Origin: Yuukianura sp. NJ FZ-2021
Taxonomy: Eukaryota
Reading direction: 5' to 3'
DNA: 64,000 bases
Assembly: GCA_046563655.1 (NCBI GenBank)
Contig: CM102285.1
Span: forward strand, 10,726,001-10,790,000
In this document: piece after piece, positions 43,324 to 56,489 of the stretch
Numbering within the stretch: position 1 is the stretch's first letter
Layout: each line of letters begins with the position of its first letter
Notes under the pieces: model-generated
What the model was told of the DNA's origin: nothing
Database searches by the model: none
What the model saw: the letters and a program-made list of their open reading frames with translations, nothing else
Made by a program: the position numbers and the translations under genes

Positions 43324-44378
43324 ACGGAAACTTCGAGTTGAAACCAAAACACAAGCAGTTTAAAAAACAGTATTCTCACTTATTTTAAACAGGCGCAGAA
43401 AATCAAAAACTGGATCGTAACTCGTAAGATTATCTTTAACGTTAGTTCGAGAGTGTAGGAAAAAATTGAATTAAAAGTGTTATTCAATATGAAATGGCTT
43501 TCTACTGAAGCTTAAAACTCTGTTTTAAATTGTTACAGACAAACCTTGAAATTTTGGTTGCCAAAATTGGTCATGGCTCTCACTTCCCCAATGAATAGAA
43601 ATGGTAGTATGATTTCGCATGTTAGCTTAGCCTTGGATCTCTGGATGATTGGTTATAGGAGGAAAAGAGCAAACAAAGGAATTAGCAATTTACAATTTGC
43701 AAATTCGTGCACTTCAAAAAAACATCGACTCATCTTCTCATTTTTTTACTAGGCCAGTGATAGAGATGAGTGGAGTGACGCTTTGTAGAAGTTTTTCCCA
43801 ACGATTTACTTGTTTAGTGTCAACAGTTCAGAAGTGGATGCACAGCATAACAGTGATTGATTAACTATCAAACTGGATTAGCTGTGTCTGATAATAACAA
43901 CTCCAGTTGTGTCTCGAAATTGAAACCATCCATCAGTAAAAATATTCACCAGATTTTACAAAAAGGAGCAAAATGGTGTTAATTTTGCAAATTCAGAGTT
44001 AGGCAATTCAGATTTTGCAGTGACGTGATTGGTTCTTGACTTTGGACACAACTTGGCTTTCCAAGTCATCTCCTTAAGAGATTATTATTAACCAAGGGAG
44101 TCAGCATCATCTTCTTTTGAGCATTTTGAAAGTAATTGATGCAGAGTCAGGTTCTTTCTGCTTGTTTCGTCTTTCGTCATTTCAGTTAAACTTGAATGGA
44201 AACAATTTTGTAACAAGGAAGAAGTATTTACCAAAGTTGTTGAATAACTTGATCACTTCTAAGTAATTTAAAGTGTCACTGTTTGATTTTCTCGATATGA
44301 AGTGCCTCATCTCGTTTTTGGTGTAGAGAATGACCAAAATAGTTGTTTTTTGATTCTGAAAACGCTGAATTTTGAAAA

Positions 44379-47300
44379 ATGAGTTTTGAAAGTGGAGTGT
44401 TTGGAGGTGGAGTGGGGTTTATGCCAAGGAATTCCTCCGGTTATTATCCGAATCCATTTGGAAGTGATCCGTCAATTGTTGTTCCAGATCTAAGTTCAGA
44501 GAGTGTTCAATCTGTAGATGACAGACACTGGTCATGGAGTTCGCTAAGAGTAATCCTCAATTTTCAAAATTTTCTTAAAATTTAGAAAGAAACATTTTTG
44601 AAAAATTTTCTTTGCAAATATTTCCAGGCTACTTTCAGAACACACAGTTTAGGAGATCTGTACAAACGGTACGTAGGGCGTCTGCAGAATGCTTACTTCA
44701 ACGCCTACCTCCTCCTTCAAGTCGTTTTAAGTACACTGTACATCGTTGCTATTCTGATTGCAAATCAGGTCAAAACAAATTTTTTCAAACTGGTTTCAGA
44801 AATTTTGAGGAATCATTTTCAAATTCTTATTTGAACGGCAGGAATCCCTGGATGCTGCCGTTCCGGAAGTCATAGTACACGTATCGCTCATAGCCTGTGC
44901 CTTAGCCGTGTTCTGTTTAATTTGTGATGAGAACTTGTTCCGAGCTTCTACCAATGCTCAGATTGGCATCAGTGTGCTAATTGTTTTCCTCAGTGTTGGA
45001 ACCGACCTGGCACTTTCAATCTACTTTTTCGTTAACGACGGAATCATCCGAACTGCCGGAGCATTCCAGACACTGATTGTGATTTACTTCTTCCTACCAC
45101 TTCCACGGAAAAACTACAATGTCGCCCTTGGTACTCTGGTCACCCTAGTTTATCTCTTCATGTACGGCGTTTACTTCTACGATGATACTCACGACAGATT
45201 TCAGCGCGTAAGTCTACTTTCAAACGCAATTTCAAAATTCACTCCATGCTGAAAACTCAATTGGTTCTCTAGATTGTCGCTGACTTTGTGTTTTACTTCT
45301 GCGGAAACTGCGTTGGAGTCTATTCACTATTTATGAACGAAATTGCAATTCGAAGAGCGTTTCTAGATCGAAGAGAATACATTCAAAGTACAATCAAAAA
45401 AGATTACGAAACTGCACAAGAGGTACTAAAAGTCTATGAAGCCTCGATCGTTTCTTCACTTCTTTTTAGAATAAGAGAGTGAGTGGAGAATTTTTGTATA
45501 ATTTGTGATTTTTGTCCAATTTTTGCCATTATAGGAACAGTTACTGCTAAGCATCTTGCCACAACACGTTTCCGTTCAAGTGAAGCAAGAATTGATGGAA
45601 GTATTTCGTGAAATTGAAGAAGTCAAAGCCAGCAAAAATCGAAGAGGGTCGAACAACAATCAGCATTCGAGTATAATGCATAAGAAGCCGTTCAGGTAAA
45701 ATGCTAAATAGCCTCTACTAGACTTCCAGGTTTCTTTCGAAAGTTTTCCATTCAAAAGCGAGAATATTATGTAAATGATTCTAAATTCTAAAAAAGTTAA
45801 TCGCTTCGAATTTCACAGCCAATTGTTTGTGGAGAGGCACAACAATGTCACAATTCTTTATGCGGATATTGTCAACTTCACACCATTGACAGTGACCTTA
45901 AGTCCAGAAGATTTGGTAGAAACTCTCAACCAATTGTTTGGAGAATTCGATGACGCTGCAAAGGTTAATTATTTAGAAGAAAAGAAGAGTGAAAATTTTG
46001 ACTTTTAGAAAATTTCAATGTTTAACTTTGATTTTGATTTCAGCGTCATGATTGTCTGAGGATAAAGTTACTTGGCGACTGCTACTACTGCGTCTCTGGT
46101 CTCGAGTCAAATGAGTCGCCTTCGTCAAGAGACTCCGGACGTGCCAAAAATCATGCCAAGAATTGTGTTCTCTTTGGTTTGGAAATGATTGACATTATCA
46201 AAGGAGTTAGGTGAGTTGTATATCCAGCATTTTTAAATCGCTCTTGTGGAAGTATGAGAATTCGCTTTGTTCATGCAGAGATCGACTTCATGTTAACGTT
46301 CAGATGCGAATTGGAATTCATACTGGAAATATCATCAGTGGACTGCTTGGAATCTACAAATGGCAGTACGATATTTGGTCAAAGGTGAGTGCATCAGAGT
46401 CATTTTTTACAATTCTGCATCAACGGAAAAGTCGTGGACAAAGTCCCGATTTAGAAAGTTATGCAGAATTTAGTAAGTAAGGAAATGTTAGAGTGGTTAC
46501 ATCTGCATTACTTAAAGATACTTTCAAGGATGTTACGATTGCTCATCACATGGAGTCTTCTGGAAGACCAGGGTAGGTGTAAACACCACAACTGTTATGT
46601 ATCTTTTTAAAACAATTAACACCTTCTCCAATTTGGTTTATCCAGGAAAGTGCACATCACGCAACAGACCAAAGACTTGCTGGGGGATGAATTCGACTAC
46701 GAACCGCTTGCACTTCGAGACAAGTATCTTATGGACAACAAAATTTACACTTACCTGATTGTGCCAAAAATATTGTCAACCTCCAAGGTATGCATGATAT
46801 TAACCCAAAGACTTAAGTACTATTTAATTAACCTTTTACGTAGTTAGCAGTTTCTTGTTTTTAATCTTGTTGAAAAGTTTTCCAAAGAATTTGCTCTGTA
46901 ATTTCATATTTTCCATTTTTATGAATGAGGACGCGAAGCGTGGTTTACCGGAGTGCACATGCACTAAAACACTACTATGTTATTATTACACACAACAAGT
47001 GCCGTTTTCCGCAAAACGCCTATGCGCAGGCTCGCATGCGTATTCCACATGTGACATGTCCCGTTTTACGCACTCGACAAACGGCACTTGTTGTATGATA
47101 AAGTGACGTCATCCATTCATACTCCATTCATATGCCTCCATTCATACTTTTTTATTCATTTTTTGATTTTTGCAATTTTTTTTTACTAGAGCGTGTCAAT
47201 TGCGGAAGAAAATGACGAGACAGAGGATGTGTCAAACCATTCTCCCATGTTTGCAAAAAGCCCGACTAGAAGAGATCCACTTTCTCCAAGGTCATCTGAA

Positions 47301-50116
47301 GCCAGAGTCAAGGTACGGGTCACGTTGACTTTAGTTACCATGCATTAATTAACATTTAATTTTGACCTGATTTGAAGATGACAATGAAAAAGAGTCGTCT
47401 GTCCATGTTGGAGAAAAGACAAACGGACGTGACTGGGGAAAACATCGGTATTTTGATCCGGATGCTGGGGAAAGTGGATGATCAGATGAAGGAGGCTATC
47501 GACAAAATGCCTCTGAGGAAAGTAGAGTAAGACTCAACTCAACGTTAATTAATACAAAACCAATTAAAAAGCTAGGATTTAGTGAACACTAAACTTGAAT
47601 CTGGACTGTTTTTATTTTTTCAGTCGCCAGTGGTGCGGAAGTCAAAGTGATGGAGTTAAAGTTAATCCGCTGCTGATGAACTACATTTCCTGGGACTATG
47701 AACGGAAGTACATGACCCAACCGGATCCACTGTTTAAATTCTACATTGGTTGTGCTTTGTTTGTACTCATTTGTATGGGAATTATCCAGGGAGTCATCAT
47801 GCCAAGGTGTCAAAATCATCCAAAATTCAAAAATTACGAAATTTTTGCAAAAGTTAAGTATTTTTTTAATGTTTTAGAGATCACATGATCCTGTGGATCG
47901 CTTTTGGACTAGGAGGAAGTTACATTCTGCTGCTTTTTCCATTTGCGTGGGTCGGTTACGTGTGGAATCGAATTAAAGATCCACATCATGAACTGGACTC
48001 CATTCCAGATCCTAAGAACAAACTGATTCGCTACTTCTACAAAGTCTCAGAAATAATTGCGCAAAGTTGGATTTTAAGAACCGGGATTTACTTGACAGTG
48101 GCTGTCGTCCTTTCCATTTTTGCAATAATCGATGTGGTAAAACAGTTTTTAGTACCAAAAATGGACAATTTTCGTTGCTAATTTTAATTTGAATTCATTT
48201 TTGGTCGATCTAGATTGAATGTGACAACCAATCCTTGGAAGCCAGAATTCTGAATCAAGAATGTCAGCATCCATGGGTAAGTTTAGTTCTTACGCCAGAA
48301 TCTTAGCAAATCAACTAAAAACAGTCCTGTCTCGTGTTTTCAATTTCTGCTAAACTTAAAAATATTTACAGTATTTTACATATAGCTGTACACTGGCAAT
48401 TTTGGGAATTTACGGATTCTTCCGGATTCATTTTATGATCAAAATTTTCATTTGCGTACTTTCACTCGGAGCTTACTCGTCCACAATGTTCTTTTTTCGT
48501 GCTGATGTGTTCGATGGGGTAATTTTTAACTTTTTAAAAATATTTTTTCTGAACAAACTCTTCAAGAAAGTACTTAACCTGCAAGTATTGTTTGCAGATC
48601 AATGTAGATGACGGATCGAGTCCAGCCATTGCTCCAGTATATGCTCATTTCGTTTACCTAATCAGAATAATTCTTCTACTACACATAATGGACAGACAGG
48701 TAAGTGAGAATTAAGCAACTAATTAACACCTAATTTAACGTTGTTTGCTTTCTAGATGGAATACATCAACAGACTTGACTTCATTTGGAAGATGAAACTA
48801 ACGGAAGAGCACAAAGAAGCGTCCATTACACATGCAACGAATGCTATTCTTATTCACAACATTCTCCCTGTCAAAATTGGTAACGCCAGTATTGTAATCG
48901 CTTTCGAAATACTGAAAATTCGTTAAAATTTTAGTTTGAACTTTGATTTCGTTACTTTTAGCCAAAATGTACCTGGATCCTACCAGAATGGGCCAAGGAT
49001 ACAGCAGAAGCTACACCGACGTAGCAGTAATGTTTGCGTCAATTCCTAATTTTATGGACTTTTACACAGAAACGGATCTCAATGATCAAGGAATCAAATG
49101 TCTGCAGCTCCTCAACGAAATCATTGTGGATTTTGACAATGTAAGTATTCAAATCGAAATAAAATTGGTTTCAAAATTTTTCGTTTTCAGTAATTGAGAT
49201 GTTTCCACCCTAGGCACTCTTTGAATTCGAAGATGTTGAGAAAATCAAGGTCATCGGAAGCACGTACATGGCCGCTTGTGGGCTGGAAGTGAACGAAAGA
49301 GGGCGCTCTTCGCAGTCGCGCTACGCTTCAGCCGAGTTGTGGTGCAAAATTAATTGAAAAAAAAATTCAACTTGTTTAAGCTTGCGGGACTAAAAAACTA
49401 TGTGATTTATGTAGCTACATGAACAACAGGAATATGATGGGGGATTCTTCCGAACCGAGTATGGAAAGACGGCGCAAGTCGTTAGTAACTTTGGTCAAGT
49501 TTGCTGCTGCCATGATGGTTAGACTCAAGGGCATCAACAAAGATGCTTTTCAAGATTTTGAACTTCGAGTTGGTAAGAATCTTTGGTAAATCCAAAGAAC
49601 TCTAAATTCAAACTAAAGGAATTGTTGGATCTTTCAGGAATCGACAGTGGACCAATCATAGCCGGGGTTATTGGAGGTAAGCTAATACTGAACAGAGTTA
49701 TGTGAAAGTATTGCGAATGTTCAGAAATTACTAAGGAATTGCTCATTTTTGTCAATGTTAGCACAAAAACCGCTGTATGATATTTGGGGTGACACTGTCA
49801 ACATGGCATCTCGAATGGACTCTACTGGTGTCAATGGAAAGATTCAGGTTTGGGGAAAGAATTTAAAAAAAAAACTTTCTCCCTACTCTGACCTGTTTCA
49901 ATAATTTTGTTTTTGCAGGTTGCTGAAAAATCTGCAAATCTCCTGATGCAAGAAGGTGTACGTTGTGTTTTCAGAGACAAAATCATTGTTAAGGGGAAGA
50001 AATCACTGATTCCAGCTTATTTTGTTAAACTTAACGATCGAGACGAAGTACAATTTGGAAGGAAAAGGTTCCTAGGTGTAAGCAGTCAAACCTCCAACTC
50101 CGATTCGGAAATTTAG
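44379..50116 (+). CDS. Transmembrane adenylate cyclase (class III, type-2-like), multi-exon
   Basis: Two hydrophobic TM clusters. C1 motifs [39 protein letters not shown]2 motifs [52 protein letters not shown]. Catalytic and ATP-specifying residues are present. Confidence 0.93.
46992..47094. repeat. Inverted-repeat element in an adenylate cyclase intron
   Basis: Perfect 16-bp inverted repeat acaacaagtgccgttt (46992-47007) / aaacggcacttgttgt (47079-47094), in a ~400-nt intron among ~70-nt introns. Confidence 0.7.
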
Positions 50117-50240
50117 AATTTCCAAATCGTACCAGGCAGTTTTAAGGTTGAAAAAAGTTTTGTACCTCAACTAATTTTGAAGTTCCGTGATAATTTGTTT
50201 TTGTATTTGATTCAAATTTCCATTGCACAATTAATTAAAC

Positions 50241-53100
50241 TTATTCTTCCTCGTCAGAATCAGAATCTGACGCTTCCAGCCAATCAATGAGTTGTTTGAC
50301 CTAAAAAACATTAATAAAAGAAAACGATTTTAACAATACTGTTTTGTTTTTGAAATTTTGAAAAATGCTTACCATAATTCTAAGTTCTGCTCCCACTTCG
50401 TATAGCGAAGGACTCTTGTGCCATAGTAAAATGGTTTCCTCGGGAAGTACATCTTCATCGTAGAGTAGATGCAGGACTTTGATGAGCATTGGGCGAAACG
50501 GAACATTGTCGTTTGCGTACTCCTAAGAATGATTCAGAATTAAGAATCAAAAGACATTAGGAGCATCTTAAAGAATCAGCAATTTACCTCAAGTGCTTGA
50601 ATCAAATCCTTTTGTGACTCTTCAGTTGTAACGTAATGAGTCAAAACACCTTTCAGCTTCATAATGACCTCCTTGACCTTCTCCCACTGAACTTTTGGTG
50701 ACAATTCTTCGTAAAATTCAGGATGAACTTTGGGTGCAATGTTCAGAATTCCTTTGGCAATTCCAATTGTCACCTCTTTGAATGACATGTTGTAAGCGAA
50801 TTTTGAAGAATTGATCTCAAGGACAAGATTTTCAACTGCAACGGTTTGGCGGAAGGCTCTAAGCAAACTCTGCATAACTTCCAAGCTGAAAACTAAAAAA
50901 CTCAAAATTAGCACGTCAAGACAAATTCCCTCTGAACAGATCGGGGTTTCTTAACGAAGGGGTTTCTTACTTTTAAAATCCTCATCTTGATGAGGACCAA
51001 AGTCACCATCATCTCCGCTTCCGTAGTCACCGGCTCCAATGTCGCTGTCCTCCTCTGTCTCTGACTCGTCGACATCTTGTGCCGGCAGTTCAATCGGATA
51101 AACATTTCCTTCCATTATTAGTTTGTCTTTTTGCGGAGCAGTATCTTTCCAAATCGTTCCATCAGTAATAATGCATCGATTGAGCTGACAACCCTCCTAC
51201 GGATGATTCCAAAAACAAAAATCAACAGTCAACGCCAAATGCCAATGTCAAAAGTAGTCAATGCCATGATTTTGAAATGCGTTTAGTGGGCATACCCCAA
51301 TTTCTACATTGTTTCCAATATGAGAATCCGTAATCGAAGTATCAGAATTAATTTTGCAATGAGCTCCCAAAACGCTGTTGCTGATCTTCACTCCACGATT
51401 TATCAGTGTGTTTGCCCCAATTATCACCGATTTCTTAATTTCTGAACCACTGTGATGCAAAAATAGTCAATTACTTGTTAGTCGGATTGATGAAAATAGA
51501 ATAACTTTTTCTAAATACTTACTACGCTATTTTGACGTTGTCAGCTTTGTAGACAAAGTTTTTGTGCAAATTGAAGATGGTTTGCTTGTGATTAGAGCCA
51601 AAGGGTAGGTCAGGCACGACGGGATATGTCCAGCGTTGAAGAATGTCACAACTAGAACATAAAGATTGAATCTAGGGTTACGACTATTAAAAAAAGAGAT
51701 TTCAAAAATTATAGACTTAGAAATTACCAAATGCCGTTGAAAGTATCAAAATCTACCACCCTTGACGCGTATCCAGAATCCAGTCGATGTAAGTAAATAG
51801 AGTTCCCTAAAATCTCCTCGTTGATCATGATTCCTTTGATGAAATCATCCATACAACTGAAATCGAAATTATCGGAGAATAGCGGCGGAACACTTGCTGA
51901 GCAGACAGCGATTCCAGTGTCAACAGAATCCATGTAAATATCCATTTCATCCTTCATATTCTCCTAGAAAACGATGCAAGCGGTAATCAAAATCACTCGG
52001 TACATGTTGTGGTGAAGTTTAAAATATTACCAGTGGGATGTGCAGTCTTTTTCCAGTTGGCTTAGGATCATAAGTGACAATTTTACCGGTTTGTGAGTTG
52101 ACAACTATGGCTGTACTATGATGTTTCGACCTGGATCGATGATTAGAATTCATTCTTCGGTGAATCAAAGTCAGAACCGCTCCCTTGTCTTCTTTCAATA
52201 TTTCACGGTGGAACTTTAGCAACGGTTTCAAAGCCAAGTTGGTAACCACTCCAGCGGACAGAAGAATAAAATCGTTCTTGATAACTCCTTTGGCATCTAG
52301 ATCTCTCATGGCATCGCCAAGAGACATCGCATCCTCTGACATTATGACGTTTATCGAACAATTTGGAATATCGGACCATTGCGAATTCCTGAAAAAAGTT
52401 CATATTATCATGACATTCATTGGCTAAATGATTCGAAGCTAATCCCGTCATTCTCTCTCAAATATTTACTTTATATGATCCCGGATTTCCTCAACTTCAC
52501 TGGAACAATACAGAAAGATTTCCTGGACTCCAGAAACTGTCAATGCTTCAAGCGCGTAATCTATCAGCTTCCTATTTGCAAGTGAAATCAGTCCCTGCAA
52601 TTGCAATGACACAAAGTTATCAGTGTAAAGCAGATTTGAGTTTATGAATTCTAGATTAGTGATGGTACCTCTTGCCGCAGCGGACAATCCGGGCCAAATA
52701 CTGAAAAACTGAAATTATCTGCTAGCAATACAGCTTGAAATACTTCTTCTTTCTTGTTAACTTCGGCAGCAGCAGGTGCTTTCGCTTTCGCTGGCTTCGC
52801 GTTTGTCTTAGCAGCATTAGTGTTTGGCTTCCCGGTCGCGGTCGCAGCATTCTTCACCGCTGGATTTTGCGAACTGTTCTGAGTCTGACCTCCGCCGGGC
52901 TTACATTTTCCTTGACCTTTCTGCGCCGCTGCCTTCTGACCTTCTGCGGAAGGGGACTTCGATGGCCGTGACCCTGACCCAGAGGAAGTTGGTGCTGCCG
53001 GTACGGATTCGATTGATGAAGGTTTCGGTTCTTTTTGCTTCTTCGGATTTTTGTCTTTTTCTTTTTGATGACCTCCTTTCTTTGCTCCTTCAGGCTTCAT
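50241..53100 (-). CDS. EIF2B5: Translation initiation factor eIF2B epsilon subunit, multi-exon
   Basis: Motifs FQAVLLADNF, LIDYALEAL, SLGDAMRDLDAKG, VPPLFSDNFDF, hexapeptide repeats, NLVLEINSSKFAYNMS, a W2 domain KVLHLLYDEDVLPEETILLW and terminal WLEASDSDSDEEE. Stop codon at 50241-50243. Confidence 0.95.
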
Positions 53101-56100
53101 GTTAATACAGTAATAATTCTGCGCAGAATTTAATGATAAACTTAATTAAGTGTAATTAAAATATGGTTTACAAAATTAACGTCACCTCAGCTGTTATCCA
53201 AAGAAAATCCACATTCCTCTCTCAACAGCCTTTCACTTATTCCGTGTACTTGTAACGTTGGGCAAGTGATTTGCAACAATTTGCTTGGCAGTTTTTGCAC
53301 TAAAAAAACATAAAATTGTTGAAAAGTTTTTTTTCCTTTGCTTTATGTTAAAGCCGCACGAAACATTTAATTTATCAACATTGGTTAATTGTATTCAAAT
53401 CAGGCAAAACAGTTTGTCATTTTAAAACCCCTGCTGGCGTTTAACTTGTAACTTGTTTTTGTTTTCGGAAGTTTCTGTGATAATTCAAAAGAAAAATGGT
53501 TTAGATGCTAGAAATCGTTAAAAATACATTTAGATTGTGTCTAGCGTTATTTTAGTATTTTTTATTGTACAAAAATAAATTTGGTTTCCAATTTTTCACA
53601 ATTTAGGGATTTCTTTTTGAACAAAATTAGATGTTGGATTTTTTCATTTATCTTTTAATTTAATTTGCAAAACTTGCGACGTTCTAAACATCATTAACTT
53701 CGCAAGATTATTGCGAAATTCAGTAACAACGTTAAATTTTAGAGAAGCTGTGACTAATATGATTGATGTAATATGAGTAATGATTGAAAAATAATTTCAA
53801 GAGTAATTTCAAAATTAATTTCAAACTGCAATTTTAGCCTTAATTAAACAAAGTGACTTTTTTTTTAGTTCGATGCCGCCTAAAATATACGTTTTTTCTA
53901 CCCTCCACATTTCTTCATGAAAGTCTGTGAAAATATTTTTTAACTTTTATTTGGCGTTGACCTTGTAACAATAAAAATCTTTAGTTTTTCATTCACTTTT
54001 ACAATTTCTAAAGTAGAATATTTTTTTTAATGTGGGATTTAGAGGTTTTAAATTTTTAAAAAACATCGGCTGCTTTCTCCTACGCTCCGGATAGCCTTGA
54101 AGAATTGAATTGAATTTCATCAGCACAAAATCCAGATATTTGACGCGTAACTCCCTTCGGAGGGTTGCGTAAGACAAGCAGGCCTTCTGCAATTCTGTTT
54201 AATAACGGTTTTCCGTTTGCGGAGGACGTGTAATAAAAGCGGGTGATTCCTGGGGCAGGCAGTCCAAGTTGAATTCGGAGTTTTTATAGATTCTTGGATT
54301 CTACACTGCCTAGAGTTCAGTAGCCTCCTGCCACTCCGTTGGAAAGGATCCTCTCCACGATAGCTCTCGCTTTCGTTGAAGGAAGCGCGTGCAGTCTCCC
54401 ATTTTGGTTGTGGTTTTTGCCAACTGCATTTCCTGGTTTTACCGGTGGGTCATCTGCCACGCCAAAAAGAAGCCACGAACTACTGTAGCGACTTTCTCGG
54501 GTCAAATTCAGATTTGAGTAGAAGAAAGTAGAAGAAGAGCAAAGAAGCCTAATCTCTGGAGAAATCATAGCTTAACGAGGTACCACTTCAATTTTGAGAT
54601 TACTTTTTGTACTACTAAAAGTGAAAATTTCAATTTCAAATTTTAACTTTTTTGTGGTTCATTTTTCAAATGCAAAAGCGTTAGAAATGTTTTTGCCAGT
54701 GAATCTCGTTCAACCTTGTGAATTTTAAAAAAATTATAAGCTCGAATTCCAAATTTTTGAAAACCGGATTTGAAGCTCCACGCTCTGAAGAGATTTTAAT
54801 GCGTGTGTTCGAAGCAGCCAAAGATTTTCATTGTTGATTTTAATTGAATTTCTTAGGAAATCCTGTATGTAATTGCTTTTCACAAAAGCCAAATTTGGAC
54901 ACAAAGTGCTTCTCTTTCATTGAAAATTGTGGTGCACAATGAGGCTTTTGCGTGTGTAGCTCCCAAAGTTGTTCCTGTCATTGCATCTGCATCGCCCCTT
55001 CTCCCTCCAGGTTCAAGGTTCTTTGCAACATCTCACAGATCTTTCTATTTTCATCCTGTTTTATCCAAAGTCAAATAAATAACGTATGAAAGAAGTTTTT
55101 AACATCCCTCAAACAGTAGTGCATGAAAACAGAACAGCATCTTTCAAAATATAATCAAAAGAAAAGGTTCCAAAAAATACAAGAGACGCTTCCTGTTCTC
55201 AGACAGATTTCTATTGTGATCACGAACTAGAATTTTTCCATGGTAAAGTACTGACGAAGAATTTTGGAAGTCAAATTTTATGTTTGAAGTTAGAAATTTA
55301 AATCTTGCCAAAATTTCAACCGTTCACACGAAACGTCTATCACGGTGCATTCATTCTGCAGAACACTGCTTGCCTTTCTCTTTTAACAGACAGATATCAA
55401 ACGGAAGGTCAAAGGCCATCAAATTACTCCTTTCATTAAACTTTTTTATTAATACTAGCCTACTTAGATTATGATGAACGCTATTTAGGAACTCATTGCA
55501 TAACGCAACTTAATAGTCAAAAAGCTTTTCATTTTACGAGACTCTGCTCATCCGTAATTGCATTTGACCTTACAATGAAACTTGACACGAAGAGGATTTA
55601 GGAGTGTCTGGAAATATAATGGAGCCGTTCCGTATCGTTAAATCCAAAAACTAAAACCTTCCACTCCCATCGTTGCAAATTTTGGCCAAAATTTGGCAGA
55701 CTAAGGCATACCATTTGCAATTTGCTAGAACGTGGCATTTTTTAATCAGCATTATGACGCCCCACCATTTCCTGAGGTTTCTGTTTCAATTCCCACAGGG
55801 GATTTTCATATGTTTGTACTTTGTACAAAGTTTTTGATAACTTTAAATTTTCTTAAGGTTTTACTATTGTAAAACCGCTGCGGTAAACGTCTGGGTGTGT
55901 CTTTCGTCATTGCAAAAAATCCAATTGAGTCAGCTACGATTAAAATGAAAAGTTTTGCGGTTTTTTGGTTTCCACCTCTTGTCTTTTCAGTTCTAAAAGC
56001 TCTTCCCACACATAAACCAAGCTATAAACCATATGTGTAATGTTATACTGGATTAAATGTTATGTTAGTACATACATCATCTATGGCCACGACATTTTGC

Positions 56101-56489
56101 TCTTATTTTTGCACATAAGGTTTTGGTGTTAAGTGGTTTCACACTACATTAAAAGTGTAGGTTCAAGCTGCACTGATATCATAACACTTTCCTTGAAGGT
56201 GCTCCTTGCCCTGGCTGGATCCAATTTTAGGTCAGTCAAGTACGACGACAGTGCAGTTTAAAAGTTATCAGAGCACACTAAAAGTTTATGAAGACGAAAT
56301 TGAGCAATTGACAGTTTAATGTAAAAGTTGTTTGAACATAACTCGTGAGGCCAGAGATCTGTCTATCTTCATTTGAAAAACCAAAAGTTTCGTTCTGAAA
56401 AACTTTCTGAATTGGATTACAGAAGGAAAAGGCTTTGGCAGAATTTGATCTGAAGACATTGCTTATTTGATCTGACAAAGACGTAAATC

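Noticed and set aside
44379..50116. Possibility that the cyclase is a guanylate cyclase or inactive
   Set aside because: The C1 metal-binding Asp pair, the C2 Lys/Asp ATP-specificity residues and the NxxxR motif are all present.
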